The notes beneath the pieces are model-generated. The model was given only the letters and a program-made list of their open reading frames with translations. It was not told the origin of the DNA and ran no database searches. Positions 1-11,403 of a stretch of 64,000 bases of DNA are shown here, piece after piece. The stretch is taken from positions 62,001 to 126,000 of the forward strand of contig ADNK01001129.1 in NCBI GenBank assembly GCA_000320545.1, given 5' to 3'. The translations under genes were made by a program, and so were the position numbers. Source of the DNA: Bigelowiella natans CCMP2755. Its lineage: Eukaryota; Protista; Cercozoa. The stretch's first letter is position 1, and each line of letters begins with the position of its first letter.

Positions 1-872
1 CAACAGCATTCTGTATCAACGTGGAATCTACGATCCAGAGCTCTTTGATGCGACGAAGAAGTACAAGCTTAGAATGATGGTGACAAAGGACAAGGGACTT
101 TCCGAGTATCTTAAGAACGTCCTGGAGCAACTGACGGGTATTAAGAACCATTATTTTCGGTGAAGGTTATTGAAAATACCCTCTTAACAGCTTGGCTCGA
201 GAAAGGAATGGTCCAAAAACTGGTTCTAGTGATTGCAAGCGTAGATACTGGAGAAACACTAGAAAGGTGGCACGAATCTAATCCAAAGATAATGAATTCG
301 AGTGAAATTTCTTTATTGCAAATAGATGGGTCTTTGATGTCGATACAAACAAGAAATGTCTCAAAGACGGGTAGGTTTACTTTTGTTCGTTGATATTCCG
401 AAATAGAAATCAAACTAATCAATAATTGCTTTACAGATCAACACAGGAAAAGTCTGAGAAAGACATCATGCGTGAGATTCAAGCAATCATACGGCAGATT
501 ACCTCTTCTGTGACTTTCCTTCCGCTCCTTGAAGAACCATGTAATTTTTTGTATAGTGATTGAGATGCAGGGTTCACAGAGAATTGAATTGAACTATCTA
601 GGTACCTTTGATCTTCTGATATACGCACCCAATGAGTGCAAGGTGCCGGAGAAATGGGAAGAGTCTGATCCAAAGTACATTGCAAAGTCCAACGAAGTTC
701 GCCTTCGTTCTTTCACAACAAAGGTATTTCACAATGTATGTATTTGTAGATCATGTTTAACATTTTCTCTATTTAGATCCATAAAGTTGAAGCTTCAGTT
801 GCATACAAGGCATGCGACGATAGTGACGATGAAGAGGATCAAAAAGAGAAAGAAAATGAACTCAGAAACTAG
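1..872 (+). CDS. MAD2: Spindle checkpoint HORMA protein MAD2 (5' part lies outside the window; about 6 exons visible)
   Basis: Spliced translation: NSILYQRGIYDPELF...EYLKNVLEQL|WLEKGMVQKLVLVIASVDTGETLERW|...EIQAIIRQITSSVTFLPLLEEPC|TFDLLIY...WEESDPKYIAKSNEVRLRSFTTK|IHKVEASVAYK...RN*. These are hallmark MAD2 motifs. Introns are about 50-70 nt GT-AG; stop at 870-872. Confidence 0.96.
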
Positions 873-1374
873 ATATCATATAAATATCATATATACCTAA
901 GCATATGTTGTGGTTTGAACTGCTGAACAGAATTGAGATCTACTTCTTCCAACCAAGTTGTTTTTTGATTTAAAAAACTGTCTCCTACTGCGAAGAAGCA
1001 TTGCTGTAAATAAATGAACAGCAGTGAATACCTCTTTCTTCAGGATGTTCTCAACATATATAGAATTTAATATACGCTGGCAACACTGAGTAAATATTTT
1101 CGCTGTATTTGCATTCGATACTGTTGATACCTTGGATGTACGATGATAATGAGAATGCAAAACGGCCTTCTAGTACACACTACCGCATAATTTCAGAATG
1201 CATCTCATTATGAAGATAGTAAAACTAAATGGACATTATGCACCACACTGAGAACAGCACTGCTATACAATGCGTTGAGACAGAAGCATGCACGCACACT
1301 CACATGCATATATACAATATTTGGATCACAGACACAACGTAATATAAGCACTATGTATATCTCTAGATATGTAC

Positions 1375-1410
<36 letters not shown>

Positions 1411-1440
1411 ATATACATATTTTATAAACTGTATCTATTA

Positions 1441-1740
1441 TCTAGACATGTTCGTTTAGATCTAGAGATGATCGATGCGTCTCGTTCAGCGCATGCGCTC
1501 ATTAGAATATTAAGCTCTCTCTACAATCTACTACACTAGTACACGACAGCTAGCTAGCTAGCTAGCCAGTACACACATCTAGAATTTAGACATGCTAGCA
1601 TGCTAGCATGGCTGTATATACGCATGCATGCTAGCATGGCCGCGCGCAAGGTAGCGGGTCAATCTAGCAAATACTAGAGTAGTATACGTCTATAAGTCCC
1701 TTTATCTAGTACGTGCGCGGCTGGGCGGCGGCGTCGTCGT
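1441..1740. repeat. CTAG/CATG-rich micro-duplicated intergenic patch
   Basis: 14 CTAG in 1441-1710 by hand count, including a (GCTA)n run; CATGCTAGCATG at 1591, 1599 and 1627. Confidence 0.8.
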
Positions 1741-1797
1741 TACTGTCGTCACACGATGTGCGATATGTTGGTACGTATGTCGATGGATCGAAGCGTA

Positions 1798-1920
1798 ACG
1801 TTCTTTAGATACGACTCGGAAAGTAGTCCCTTGTCCTTTGTCACCATCATTCTGAGCTTGTACTTCTTCGTCGCATCAAAAAGCTCTCCAAAGAGCTCTG
1901 GATCGTAGATTCCACGTTGA
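1798..1920 (-). pseudogene. Inverted, degraded duplicate of the MAD2 exon at 16-120
   Basis: The reverse complement aligns to 16-120 with 2 substitutions and 3 insertions (12, 3 and 3 nt), each a near-copy of the adjacent bases. Confidence 0.93.
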
Positions 1921-2510
1921 CCGCAAGCTGCAAGGCTAGAAGGACCGAGACTAACAAGCTAACTAGCTAACCTAGTCGAAGGATTCGCATTATTCTACCT
2001 AGCTTCGGATCATGGAGTCCGTAAATTTTTACAGTTATCTTAGGCGTTTCAAGTTGATTGCTAGGCCAATTTTTCGGATGTTTTTCGGTTATTTCAGGCG
2101 CTTTTCATGAGTCGCGCTTCCCAGTTTTTGAAGTGGACTCGCCTGGAAAGAACTCCGATTTTTTTTGGCAAATAACGGGCGGGTGGGGTCACTCATTGGC
2201 GTTGCGCAAAGTTCAAGTGTTTGAGTCTAAAGCCTCTAAAAAAGTGATGAGGGCAGTCCTAAACCTGCTACGCTTTGCCAAAATAAATTGAGCCTTTCTC
2301 CTAACATATTGATCGCAATGAACGCACAGCAAGCGATGCACAATCCAAAATGCTTTCAATGCGCTGCTGCGGCGGGTATCCTTGCATGAACTCGCACGAG
2401 CTTCATATGACGCAGATTTTGAACGTGCAGAATTGTTTTTCACGTCATACGCAACAACTTTTCCCATGCACAATGGATTTTTTCGGATTTTTATTTTTTG
2501 GATGGTCTCC

Positions 2511-2863
2511 TTAAACAGAGTCATAGCCCCCCCGTGTGTAAGCCTCATATATAGCTGTGTTCCTAGTGGTTCCGACCAGCATTCGGTAAACACCACATTG
2601 ATAGCAGCACCATCCAACCGCAAATACTGGACCCCAGAACGCAGCCAAGATCGTCGCGAATAATGTTGATGCATGTTGGTCCTGACATCGTGTCATCATA
2701 AAATGTGTGTAAGTTCTACATCTTATGCCTGCACGCCACACACCAATACATTAGGCATCGATACATCATGTATTAGTAATATCATATCAGGGGTAAATTG
2801 GAAGTAAATCCTAACGTATGTGTCTCATACATTATTACATAGTAACATTATATCATGTATAAA

Positions 2864-2896
<33 letters not shown>

Positions 2897-2908
2897 TTTG
2901 TGTATGTG

Positions 2909-2947
<39 letters not shown>

Positions 2948-3159
2948 TTTATATATATATATATATGTACATATCATTATGATTATCAACATCATCATCA
3001 TAATTGTAACGTCCTACCTTGCAATCATCTCCACCGCCATTTTCTATAATGAGTAGTATCATTGCTCCTTGAAAATTGGTGTTAGGGTCAAGATATTAGG
3101 AATCGCTTATGATTGTAGGAGTTAAGAGTAGTGTTTTGTTTAGATTTAGGATTACGCAA

Positions 3160-3196
<37 letters not shown>

Positions 3197-3392
3197 AGAT
3201 AAGGATTAGGATTTGGATTTAGTAAGGTTAGAACCTGCAGTGACGAAAGCACCAATGACTGCAATGAGCAACAATATCATCCTGTTTGACAATGAGATCA
3301 GATGTAATAAGTGTTCTTTGGACTCAGCTAGGTTACAGATATTGCAGTCTAAATTTACTAACTGTAAAACTTTAATTACAAATATGTATCAT

Positions 3393-3469
<77 letters not shown>

Positions 3470-3729
3470 CATATTGTATGAAAACATGCATGTACACGCA
3501 CGTTCGATGCTGACATAGCATTTCACGTCATACACCATACATCAGCATCATAATAACATATCATACAAACACATACAGAATGAATTTGAATAATGAAGGA
3601 CTGAATCCGCGTCCTAATCCTCCACACGTTAAGTTCTCAAACAGAGAATACCGATTCACAGCACCGTATATAAACCATAATCCCTGGATGTATAATGTAT
3701 ATAGGTGCATAGTATATGTATGTGTATTC

Positions 3730-3768
<39 letters not shown>

Positions 3769-3857
3769 TTCATGTTATCGTTGTTATTGTTGTATATATA
3801 AATAACGCAGTAAGTGTTTCCAGCTTTATTACGATTGCATCTTTTTTATGTATCACC

Positions 3858-3896
<39 letters not shown>

Positions 3897-4116
3897 TGTG
3901 TGTGTATACATATATATTGAATTGTTGGTTTTAGTATTGACATAAACTCATGTGAATAGTTTTCATGATTATTACCGCTGGTATTAGTAAAGCTCCATGC
4001 ACGTACCAGTAAATGGAAACTTGACAACCGCCATCTGAAGCCTGAAGGTATCAGCATACGCACATTGCACATTATTTTTCATTTCACATCTCACATCTCG
4101 CATCTGCATGTACATG

Positions 4117-4165
<49 letters not shown>

Positions 4166-4561
4166 TTCAACATAAAATCGCTCGGAACCGAAAATATCCC
4201 CGATAAAAAAATGAGATGATAGTATGAACTTGGATGTAGGTGCAAAATGCATGATGAAAAAGATGCAATGCATGATGTGTAATACATAGTGCATGATTTG
4301 TAAAGATAAATGTTATACATCGTAATAAATCAACTACAATTATCATCATTACCACCACCATCACCATCATCCTTATCATCATTAGTGTCAACCATCACAA
4401 GCATCACATCATCATTACTACCCATTTCCCAAAGACGAAGGATATCACAGCATCAACTATGAACAAAATTCCAGTCGGCCAAAAAAAGAAATTCCAGAAC
4501 CTAAACGTACATTTGTGTGTGTTTGTGTGTGTGTGGTGTGTGATGCATGCTGCACAATGTG

Positions 4562-4601
<40 letters not shown>

Positions 4602-4624
4602 CACAGATTGACATGTACGTGAAT

Positions 4625-4658
<34 letters not shown>

Positions 4659-4724
4659 CAACGACCTTCTCTCTTGCACAAGGTCGTCCTTCTCTTTCTG
4701 CTCTCTCTCTCTGTAGCTAGACAT
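2511..4724 (-). CDS. Hypothetical multi-pass membrane protein (spliced; internal exon phases and possible upstream exon near 5873-5910 uncertain)
   Basis: GT-AG-bounded exon candidates: MSSYREREQKEKDDLVQER|RFWNFFFWPTGILFIVDAVISFVFGKW|...GLWFIYGAVNR|MILLLIAVIGAFVTAG|AMILLIIENGGGDDCK|DQHASTLFATILAAFWGPVFAVGWCCYQCG...GGYDSV*. They are separated by microsatellite-filled introns. Confidence 0.6.
2860..4660. repeat. Cluster of intronic (TA)n, (CA)n/(TG)n and (CAT)n microsatellites; representative of dozens of similar arrays in SRP72, MFS and E3 introns
   Basis: Directly visible, e.g. (TA)n near 2865-2890, (CA)n then (TA)n at 3397-3462, and (TG)n at 4121-4164. Confidence 0.95.
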
Positions 4725-4785
4725 GATTCAACGACGTGTGTGATGATGATGTAGATGTGAGCAGTGCGTAGATAAGATATGATCA

Positions 4786-5750
4786 CAAGGGGGGTTCACT
4801 CCCCCGGGTTTTGGTCCGCATCATGCTCGGCGGTTTTACCCCGGCGTCAGCCGGGAAAATTTTTTCGATTTCACCCAAAAAAATGCAAATTTTGTTCAAA
4901 TTCCTCAATGTTTTCTTCAAAAACCATCCACAAAGTGTCCAGTGAAATTGCCCAAGATGCACATTGGCGGAACTCTTGGCATCGAGTCACTGGGATGTCT
5001 CAGATGTGCCCAACCCACTTCCCTGGCGCATGCAGATTTGATCAATGCTTTGTTCATCATTCATTGTTCATCATTCCCGCCCTTCCCATCGATGTGTGCA
5101 CCAGCGTGTGTGACTGATCACGTGCGCAGCGTCGATCATCCAGTCGTGCGCGACGTCGCGACGTGTCTAGCTTCAATTTGATGATCAAGTGACAAGTGTG
5201 CATCAGAGCGTGGGAAGCTGTGAGTGCTTGCGTGCGCGCGCGCTGGGCACGCACAAAGTGTGCCAGTCTGGCAGTGTGCGCCATCGTGCCCACACGTCTT
5301 GCTCGTGCGTCCAATCCCAAGCAGCTCTGGAGCTGCGCGTCGCGCATCACATCCAGCTTCATTGATTGCCGCATCGGCACCGTGCAGGCCGCTAGGAGCC
5401 ACACATCGAAAACTCACCTGAGTCAAAACCACAAAAAAAAAGCACCTTTTTGGCGCGGAAACGTTCAATTTTGCGAATTTTGGAGTGGAACTTCTGGAGG
5501 TGATGGAGTTGCTGTTGACACGGCCTCTGAGCATGTTTTTTTGAGCCAACACGCAAAGTGGACCCTTTCCGCGGCACCCAAAGTTTTTGCCCTCGATTTT
5601 TTTCCTTGAAAATCCACTTTTTTGCACCCCTTTCTGGACAATTCTGGACCTTCTCACACGTCCAGAAGTCTTCTGTGGTGCTTCGGAAGAAGTTTGGAGT
5701 GGATTCCGAGCATGATACGGACCAAAACCCGGGGGAGTGAACCCCCCTTG
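4786..5750. mobile_element. Non-autonomous DNA transposon (MITE-like; hAT- or P-type ends)
   Basis: 45-bp TIRs CAAGGGGGGTTCACTCCCCCGGGTTTTGGTCCG(C/T)ATCATGCTCGG at 4786-4830 and 5706-5750, with one mismatch. Perfect 8-bp TSD TATGATCA at 4778-4785 and 5751-5758. No transposase ORF recognised. Confidence 0.95.
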
Positions 5751-6513
5751 TATGATCAGTCCACGCGCTGATCCGATGATGACAGTTACAAAATTAATAA
5801 TATGTGGTATCATTCAAAGTCTTAAGAAAACAAAATGCACGGTTCAAACCCGGTAAAATCTTCCAAGTCTCACCAGCTCGAGAACCTAGGTCGCCGATGG
5901 ATGATGCACATGAAGTGTGTCAAATCTCGTTCGCCCGAAAACAATTTTCGCGACACGGTCTGTTATACGACCTCGTACTTCGTACTTCGTACTTGTTCTC
6001 TCACATGTCTGTTTCCAATTTGTCATTTTCGTTTCATTGTCGCACTTGCGAAAATTGTGGGTGAAACTTTTGCCTGATGTTTTTTGCTTGAAATGTTGAC
6101 CAATTTCAAAAAAAGACCACGGTCGACAATTGTGCCCACATCGACCATCCACAGGACTGATTAGGCCGGCCATGCCTCTCAGTCGAAGCGCTGTGCGACA
6201 TGGTACGAAAGAGCGGGGGCCTCACTTCCTGAGACTCCGCCAAGATCATGGCGTCCAATGAAATTTGACGAGGATTGATTCCCTGCGACATATTGTGAGA
6301 AATAATGTCGCAAGTCCGAAAAGAACGACGTTTTGTCCATGAATTCCCCCTAATTTGGACATCTGGGCAATTTCGGTGTCCAGAAGGAAACGTTGAAACG
6401 GATGCGAATGGATGCTTGAGAGTAGGAAGCATTAAACGGAGCACTAGAAAGCATTAAAAAGAGCAGATCTTCAACTCTAGAGAGGAACGATTGCACGTTA
6501 GCTTCATTGCATA

Positions 6514-8081
6514 ATGGCTTTCAACCAAGCTCGAAAACATGTCGTTGCAAACTCGCCCTGTGGCACAATGCTGCCCGGCACAGTCGACATTGACGCTCAT
6601 CGTCGAGAAAAGGGGAACTTTTTCTTTCAACCAGCACGCATTCATGGCTCTAGGCCCATGGGAACGTCGCAACCCTTGCCAGAGATATCTCCTCCGCAAT
6701 ATGACGGCTACCAACGCCAGCTGATGAAGGGAAGGAAAAAACGTCTAACAACACCACCAAACCGTAGAATTACCACTCTACATCAAGGACCGAGGAGAAG
6801 GGACAAAGATGAATGGGCGTTGGTCTTCGATAAAAAGGTAATGAGTGAAGCTTATGCCGAGTAGACCTCTGGTGTTTTGTGATATAAACTGACGATTTGT
6901 TTCAAATTACAAAAGGATAGAGCAGCGTCAGAGCATGCAATTGAGGTGGCAAGGAGAAAAGCTGCTAAACGGCGGAGCCTTGTCGATGAGCTCGACCGGC
7001 AAATGGCTGAGCGGGAAGAAAGGGCGAGGAGGATTAAGGAACGAAAAAGGATTGAATTGGTTCTCAGCCACAACACATCGTATGGATTATTCCGCATCTC
7101 GTTCAACATCATTCTTCTTCATTAGGAAAACATTCGAGAGGGAGAGCGATTGCTACGACTCGAAGACGAGCGCCAACGGTAGTGTATATCATCGTCGATA
7201 TACATCACTGTATCTCATGCTTCAAGTTTCACGTCTCATTTATCAGGCAGAAGAAACACTCGAGACAGGAACGACTACGGACCGAATTAATGAATAATGA
7301 AAGGGAGAAGAACAGCTATGTTCAGCAACGGTTAACAACCCAGCGCTCTGAGGTTCTTTCTCAAACTCAATACTTCGCAAATTGCTTCTATAATCTATTT
7401 TTCTTTCACATTAGGAGCTGGAGTTGCTTAAAATGGAGCATGAAAAGGCTGAAAGAGATATACGTCGGGAACATGAGAGGAAATTACGCGAAAAGGAGCG
7501 ATTCAAGAAGTTAAAAGAGAGTAATCAGGAAATGAAACGAATCAAGGAACAAGAGAAACAGCGGGAGATGGACTACGAAGTTCAATTAATGAAAGAGTGA
7601 GCCACATGTATTTACTTCATAAAATCATAATGAAATGACACTTATTCCTTCGTAACTAGATACGTCCGACGTGAGGAAGCCAAGGAAAAGAGACGAGCTG
7701 AAGAGTTCCAAAGCCGGCAAAGGCTTGTAGGTAAGTGGAAGCCATGAAACACAGAAAAATAATAATGCTCTCGGCGACAAGAGAGGGGAAGTAAACTAGA
7801 TCGATATAGTATCAAATTCTGAGAAAAAGGTGTTATTATGGATATGAATACGGTATTTGTTTAAATTTGGCAGATGGTCGTGAAGAAGAAGGACTCAAAT
7901 TAGTAATGGAGAAGAGGAGAATTTGAGAAAACTACATTTAATGCTAGATAACTTCGTAAACGCGCATAGCGATCATGCTGCGCAGTCACACACAAATATG
8001 CACACAGGTGGATTGATACTTGAGCAATGCATCCCTCTTATATACTCTTTTTCATTTGTTTTATGAATGAAAACAATTGAA

Positions 8082-8118
<37 letters not shown>

Positions 8119-8975
8119 TCACATTCACATTTACAACAATACAGGGAAATGAGAGCCAGAGATGAAAGGATGGCTAGGAATGACAGCATTCGGAAAGAAC
8201 GCGCTCGGAGACTCGCATTGAATGCCATGAAAGATAACTCAGAACTAATTCGGTAGTCTTTCATCAACAAATCCTGCCTTTTCCGTGAGTATGTCTTAAT
8301 TGATTACATGGTTAAACGATGTTCATGAGAAAAACCAATATTCGATACCTTCATTCTCAGCATGAAACGAGCGTCCAGAGAGGAATATCGGCTGGAGCAG
8401 TCCAAGCTTAGGAAGGAATTGGAACTCCAAGAAAAGAAGGTTAATCCAAGGATAAATATATATATATTCATCTTCCTAACCTTTTGTTTGCTCTCGTGTT
8501 CCAACCAACCAATCAGCTTGAAGAAGCCCATATTCGAAAGCAGAATAGAGCAAGACAGCAACGCCTACAGTAATATCAACGAATAATCGTATTAATTTGA
8601 AGCTAAGAACTAGAACGCTGATGATGCAATAAAACAAAAGAAAGCCACAAGACAACAATTGTTAGTATAAACAGTAGTATCAGAGCAATCAGGATGTAAT
8701 AAAGAGTTACACTTCGACGCGTAATGGTTGCCTCTGATTTCAGGTATGGCAACGAACTGGTTTCCCAAATGCAAAACGATGTTCAAAGGAGGGGGTCAAA
8801 CTGGGAGATGTCGGAATATGAGAAGGTAGTATTCTGCACCAGGACTAGCTCGTCTTGATAAGAAAGATTCACATTTCCAAGTAATTATAGTCACCCGTTA
8901 TTTATCATTTGTCCTCTTTTTTGTTTACTTACGTAATATCAGAGAGTCAACGGCATGCGCCATTTTCCTAACTGA
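6514..8975 (+). CDS. Long charged coiled-coil protein, trichohyalin/plectin-like (probable axonemal/ciliary CFAP type); start uncertain, possibly 6172
   Basis: E/R/K/Q-rich exons: DKDEWALVFDKK|DRAASEHAIEVARRKAAKRRSLVDELDRQMAEREE..., ending YGNELVSQMQNDVQRRGSNWEMSEYEK|RVNGMRHFPN*. Ciliary role is inference from composition and the MSxxExxxN-type end. Confidence 0.65.
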
Positions 8976-9706
8976 TCATTTATGGTCGATTAAGAAAAGA
9001 CGACAAACCTTACCTGGGAAAACGTACACACACACACACACACACACACACATATTATATATTAATAGTCAAGCGTCATGTGTAAATTACATTGTCTTTG
9101 AAGACAGCTAGGTATATAGCGACAGCAGACTACGATAGTGGGATACTACATATGAACGTTGTTTGGCAACACCCATACACATAAAATACTGCCATACCAC
9201 TAGCTAGCAAGATCACGAAATCAGCTATTAGTTTATTGTATGTATATCTAGATATCCATAATACTAGACCAGCAGAACGTCACAGTGTGTACACCACATG
9301 TAACATTATCAAAGATAAAATAGTTATAAAATATTGACGATTGCCGGAGAGAAAAGTCTGCAAGTGCACTGTCTTGCTGTGTCAAATTCAGGCACAGCTA
9401 GACAGCAACACATTCTAGCATTCTAGCATTGTGTGCATGCGTTGACGCGTTGACATGCTAGCATGGTGTCTATCTATTAGGCGTGTCCATTGTCGTTATC
9501 ACATGTGGGCAATCGCACAACATGTGGTGCTACGCTAGTACGCACATGCATACGCATGCGAGCACCGCGACATCTTCGCTCATTATTCGCTGCAGCCGCC
9601 ACAATCTAAAGATAGTCTACATGCATGCATACGCTCTTGATTGCCATATTTCATTGGAATCCGAACGTAACTGTAGTGCTGCCAAAAATGAGCCGTTTTT
9701 TTGTTA

Positions 9707-11403
9707 CTATTTGAGCAAAAACCTTTCGACTTTTTCAAGAACCAATTCCCGCATGGTTTCTGTTCCATTAGAATCGTAATGTCTATGTAAACAAAGGAGG
9801 CCTTCGAAAAGTAATTTTTTATCCCTCACCAATGCAGTTAGCGCAGCAGCTGCCTGCTGACCGGCCCACAATGCCGCCTCTGGTTCCTTTTTTGCGACGC
9901 AATGAGATGACACTGCTACCAAGGATGGGTCTCCCGCAGGAGCTATGTGTTGTGCTGAAATTCCAGAGGCAAGCTGGCAAATTTCTCTATGACGCACTCG
10001 AATCCAGGCAGAATAATTAGACTTATGTTGTTTCGATTCGCCACGGTCAACGACTTTGACATGGATACCCTTATACAACCACCGCACGGTGAAAATTGTG
10101 CCTTTCCTTTGCAGCGGGCACTCCGGGCAACTAAAAACTCCGCTATTATCTGGAGTGAGGGGTAACTCGCAACCAGAGCAACCAACATAGATATTATGCG
10201 CGAGATCAGACGGGGCCACATGTGACTGGTACTTCCCTGACTGTTGCCGAGTTATCACTTTTCCGCTTGAGAATGTAAGGGCGACGATATGAAACTGAAC
10301 GCGAAACAAGTCCGAGTTATGCTGAAAAGAAGGCGAGAATAATTCGCACAAGGATTTGACCTCCACGATTGGTGGTGGGGTAGGAGAGAGCTGCGTAAAC
10401 CCGGGGTTGTTATTGCCGTTGTTTGTTTTCGACTGTTTACTTGAAGCTGCGACGAAGGGGAGTAAGATTGAGCGCATATGTTTTCCCCAATCCAAAAGTA
10501 GTTTTGCCTTCGGTGGAATAGCGTTAGTTTTTCGTTTCATTCATTCGAAATTGGAAATACCTTTTTCATCCACGGATGCTCCAGGGGTAGTGGTTGGATT
10601 CTAGCCGATGCTTTGCCATCCGGTTCCGTGACAGATCCAATTATCCTCATACTAGACCACGAGGTGCTATTTCCGGCAAGAGTCGACTGATCATGAAGGA
10701 AATTCATCGAGCTTTTAAAAAAAAAATTATGCCTATGTTACCTGGAACAATTTGAATTTTAGCTTCTCCAGGACCAAAATGTCCCCAACCTGAAGCTTCC
10801 TCACCCAGTTTGCCTAGTAATTTGCAATCAGTCTCCTAAAGGGTCATGACGAATATTCTCAATGACCTTATAGCCCCAAAGAGTGATGCTGAGGTGGTCC
10901 CTGCCGCTGTCTCCCACCGAGAGCGTGCTGCAGGTGAAAAACAAACAAAATCATCAATAGAAAGGACTTTTCGTTTTAATTCGCTTTACCTCATCAACGT
11001 GTTTCGGCCATCTCGCGTGGTGAGTTCACGAACTGGATTAACCTCCAGAACCATAGCCATAATCGAACGCCATTCAGTTCCTGCTGAAATCGAGGAAAGC
11101 AAGGAGAGCTTGGGAAGCCCTGAAGCATAATTCGCCAAAAATCAACGTCTTATATCTCGCATTCGAAATCAATGGCTTTCACATACGAAGAAGTGTCCTG
11201 CTCTTTCTGGGATGCATCAAGACCCGCTGGTGAAGACGGAGTCCATTCCGAGTATGTGGCGGGAAGCCCTTCCCGCTGGGAAGGCGATATAATCTTCCAC
11301 CTTGTCGCAAGATGATAAACCGACTAAACTTTGCAAAGATGTGATCTCTTATGGTTGATGTAATTAACTCAGAACGATGTCGCGCCGTAGAAAATAGCTG
11401 CAT
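9707..11403 (-). CDS. SHLD2/FAM35A-like ssDNA-binding OB-fold protein (start uncertain: 11403 or 11443)
   Basis: First OB fold: SIMAMVLEVNPVRELTTRDG..TLSVGDSGRDHLSITLWGYK|ANWVRKLQVGDILVLEKL. C-terminal Zn-ribbon OB: YVGCSGCELPLTPDNSGVFSCPEC..WLYKGIHVKVVD..WIRVRHREICQLASGISA. This follows the recalled SHLD2 C-terminal pattern (YxGCxxC..L..D..CxxC..Y..D..IRV..I..ISA). Confidence 0.7.

Noticed and set aside
2213-2674. 153-aa minus ORF as a separate gene or transposase fragment
   Set aside because: It overlaps the more plausible last exon ending at 2511 in another frame; no recognisable motif.
3078-3232. TTAGG/TTAGGG-like words suggesting an interstitial telomere
   Set aside because: Scattered and degenerate, within introns, with no tandem array.
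3806-4030. One exon joining gives an in-frame TGA near cysteines (possible selenocysteine)
   Set aside because: Exon phases are ambiguous, stop-free alternatives exist, and no SECIS was identified.
2820-4786. ORF-track entries with YIYI, HTHT, CVCV, ERER or poly-I/L/M runs here and throughout the window
   Set aside because: Translations of intronic microsatellites or antisense shadows of real exons.
4779-5813. Several overlapping long ORFs in the transposon
   Set aside because: Loss of TA removes TAA/TAG stops on both strands and creates spurious ORFs; no transposase motifs.
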